A stretch of DNA of 63,657 bases, counting the filler, from Octopus bimaculoides (Eukaryota): NCBI RefSeq assembly GCF_001194135.2. It is 4 parts of 3 records of this genome, joined end to end, with 100 filler letters (N's around TTAATTAATTAA, not from the genome) between each part and the next. Parts side by side here need not be neighbours in the genome. Positions count along the whole stretch, not along the records: positions 50,435 to 63,657 come from NC_068982.1; 3 more parts are not named here. One strand, given 5' to 3'. Shown here piece by piece: positions 63,616-63,657 of the stretch. Made by a program: the position numbers and the translations under genes. A model generated the notes under the pieces. It did not search any database, was not told the DNA's origin, and saw nothing but the letters and a program-made list of their open reading frames with translations. Every line of letters begins with the position of its first letter. Position 1 is the first letter of the stretch.

Positions 63616-63657
63616 TGTATGTATGTATGTATATGTATATATATATATATATATATA

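Overview
AT-rich, gap-ridden animal genomic DNA. The SINE families and dense microsatellites point to an octopus (inference). The only host protein-coding feature I can support is one minus-strand exon at 11765-12143: a signal peptide plus the first follistatin/Kazal domain of an agrin-like protein. The rest of that gene lies beyond position 1. The remainder is intronic or intergenic DNA with mobile-element remains: several Penelope-like elements (PLEs), one with a nearly complete RT; RTE and R4/Dong LINE pieces; a split LINE ORF1; mariner and Tc1 transposase relics; two non-autonomous Helitrons; MITEs; and many tRNA-derived SINEs. The most interesting signals are (1) five minimal hammerhead-ribozyme-like motifs in PLE termini, two of them sharing a non-canonical U6 core; (2) several inverted or fold-back structures; (3) an unclassified 139-bp element with a 12-bp target duplication; (4) an apparent SINE 3' transduction; and (5) a sharp CpG-depletion boundary near 23.5-24.7 kb, next to a candidate agrin promoter. 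No CRISPR array, rRNA or genuine tRNA gene was seen. Element boundaries are approximate unless terminal motifs are quoted.
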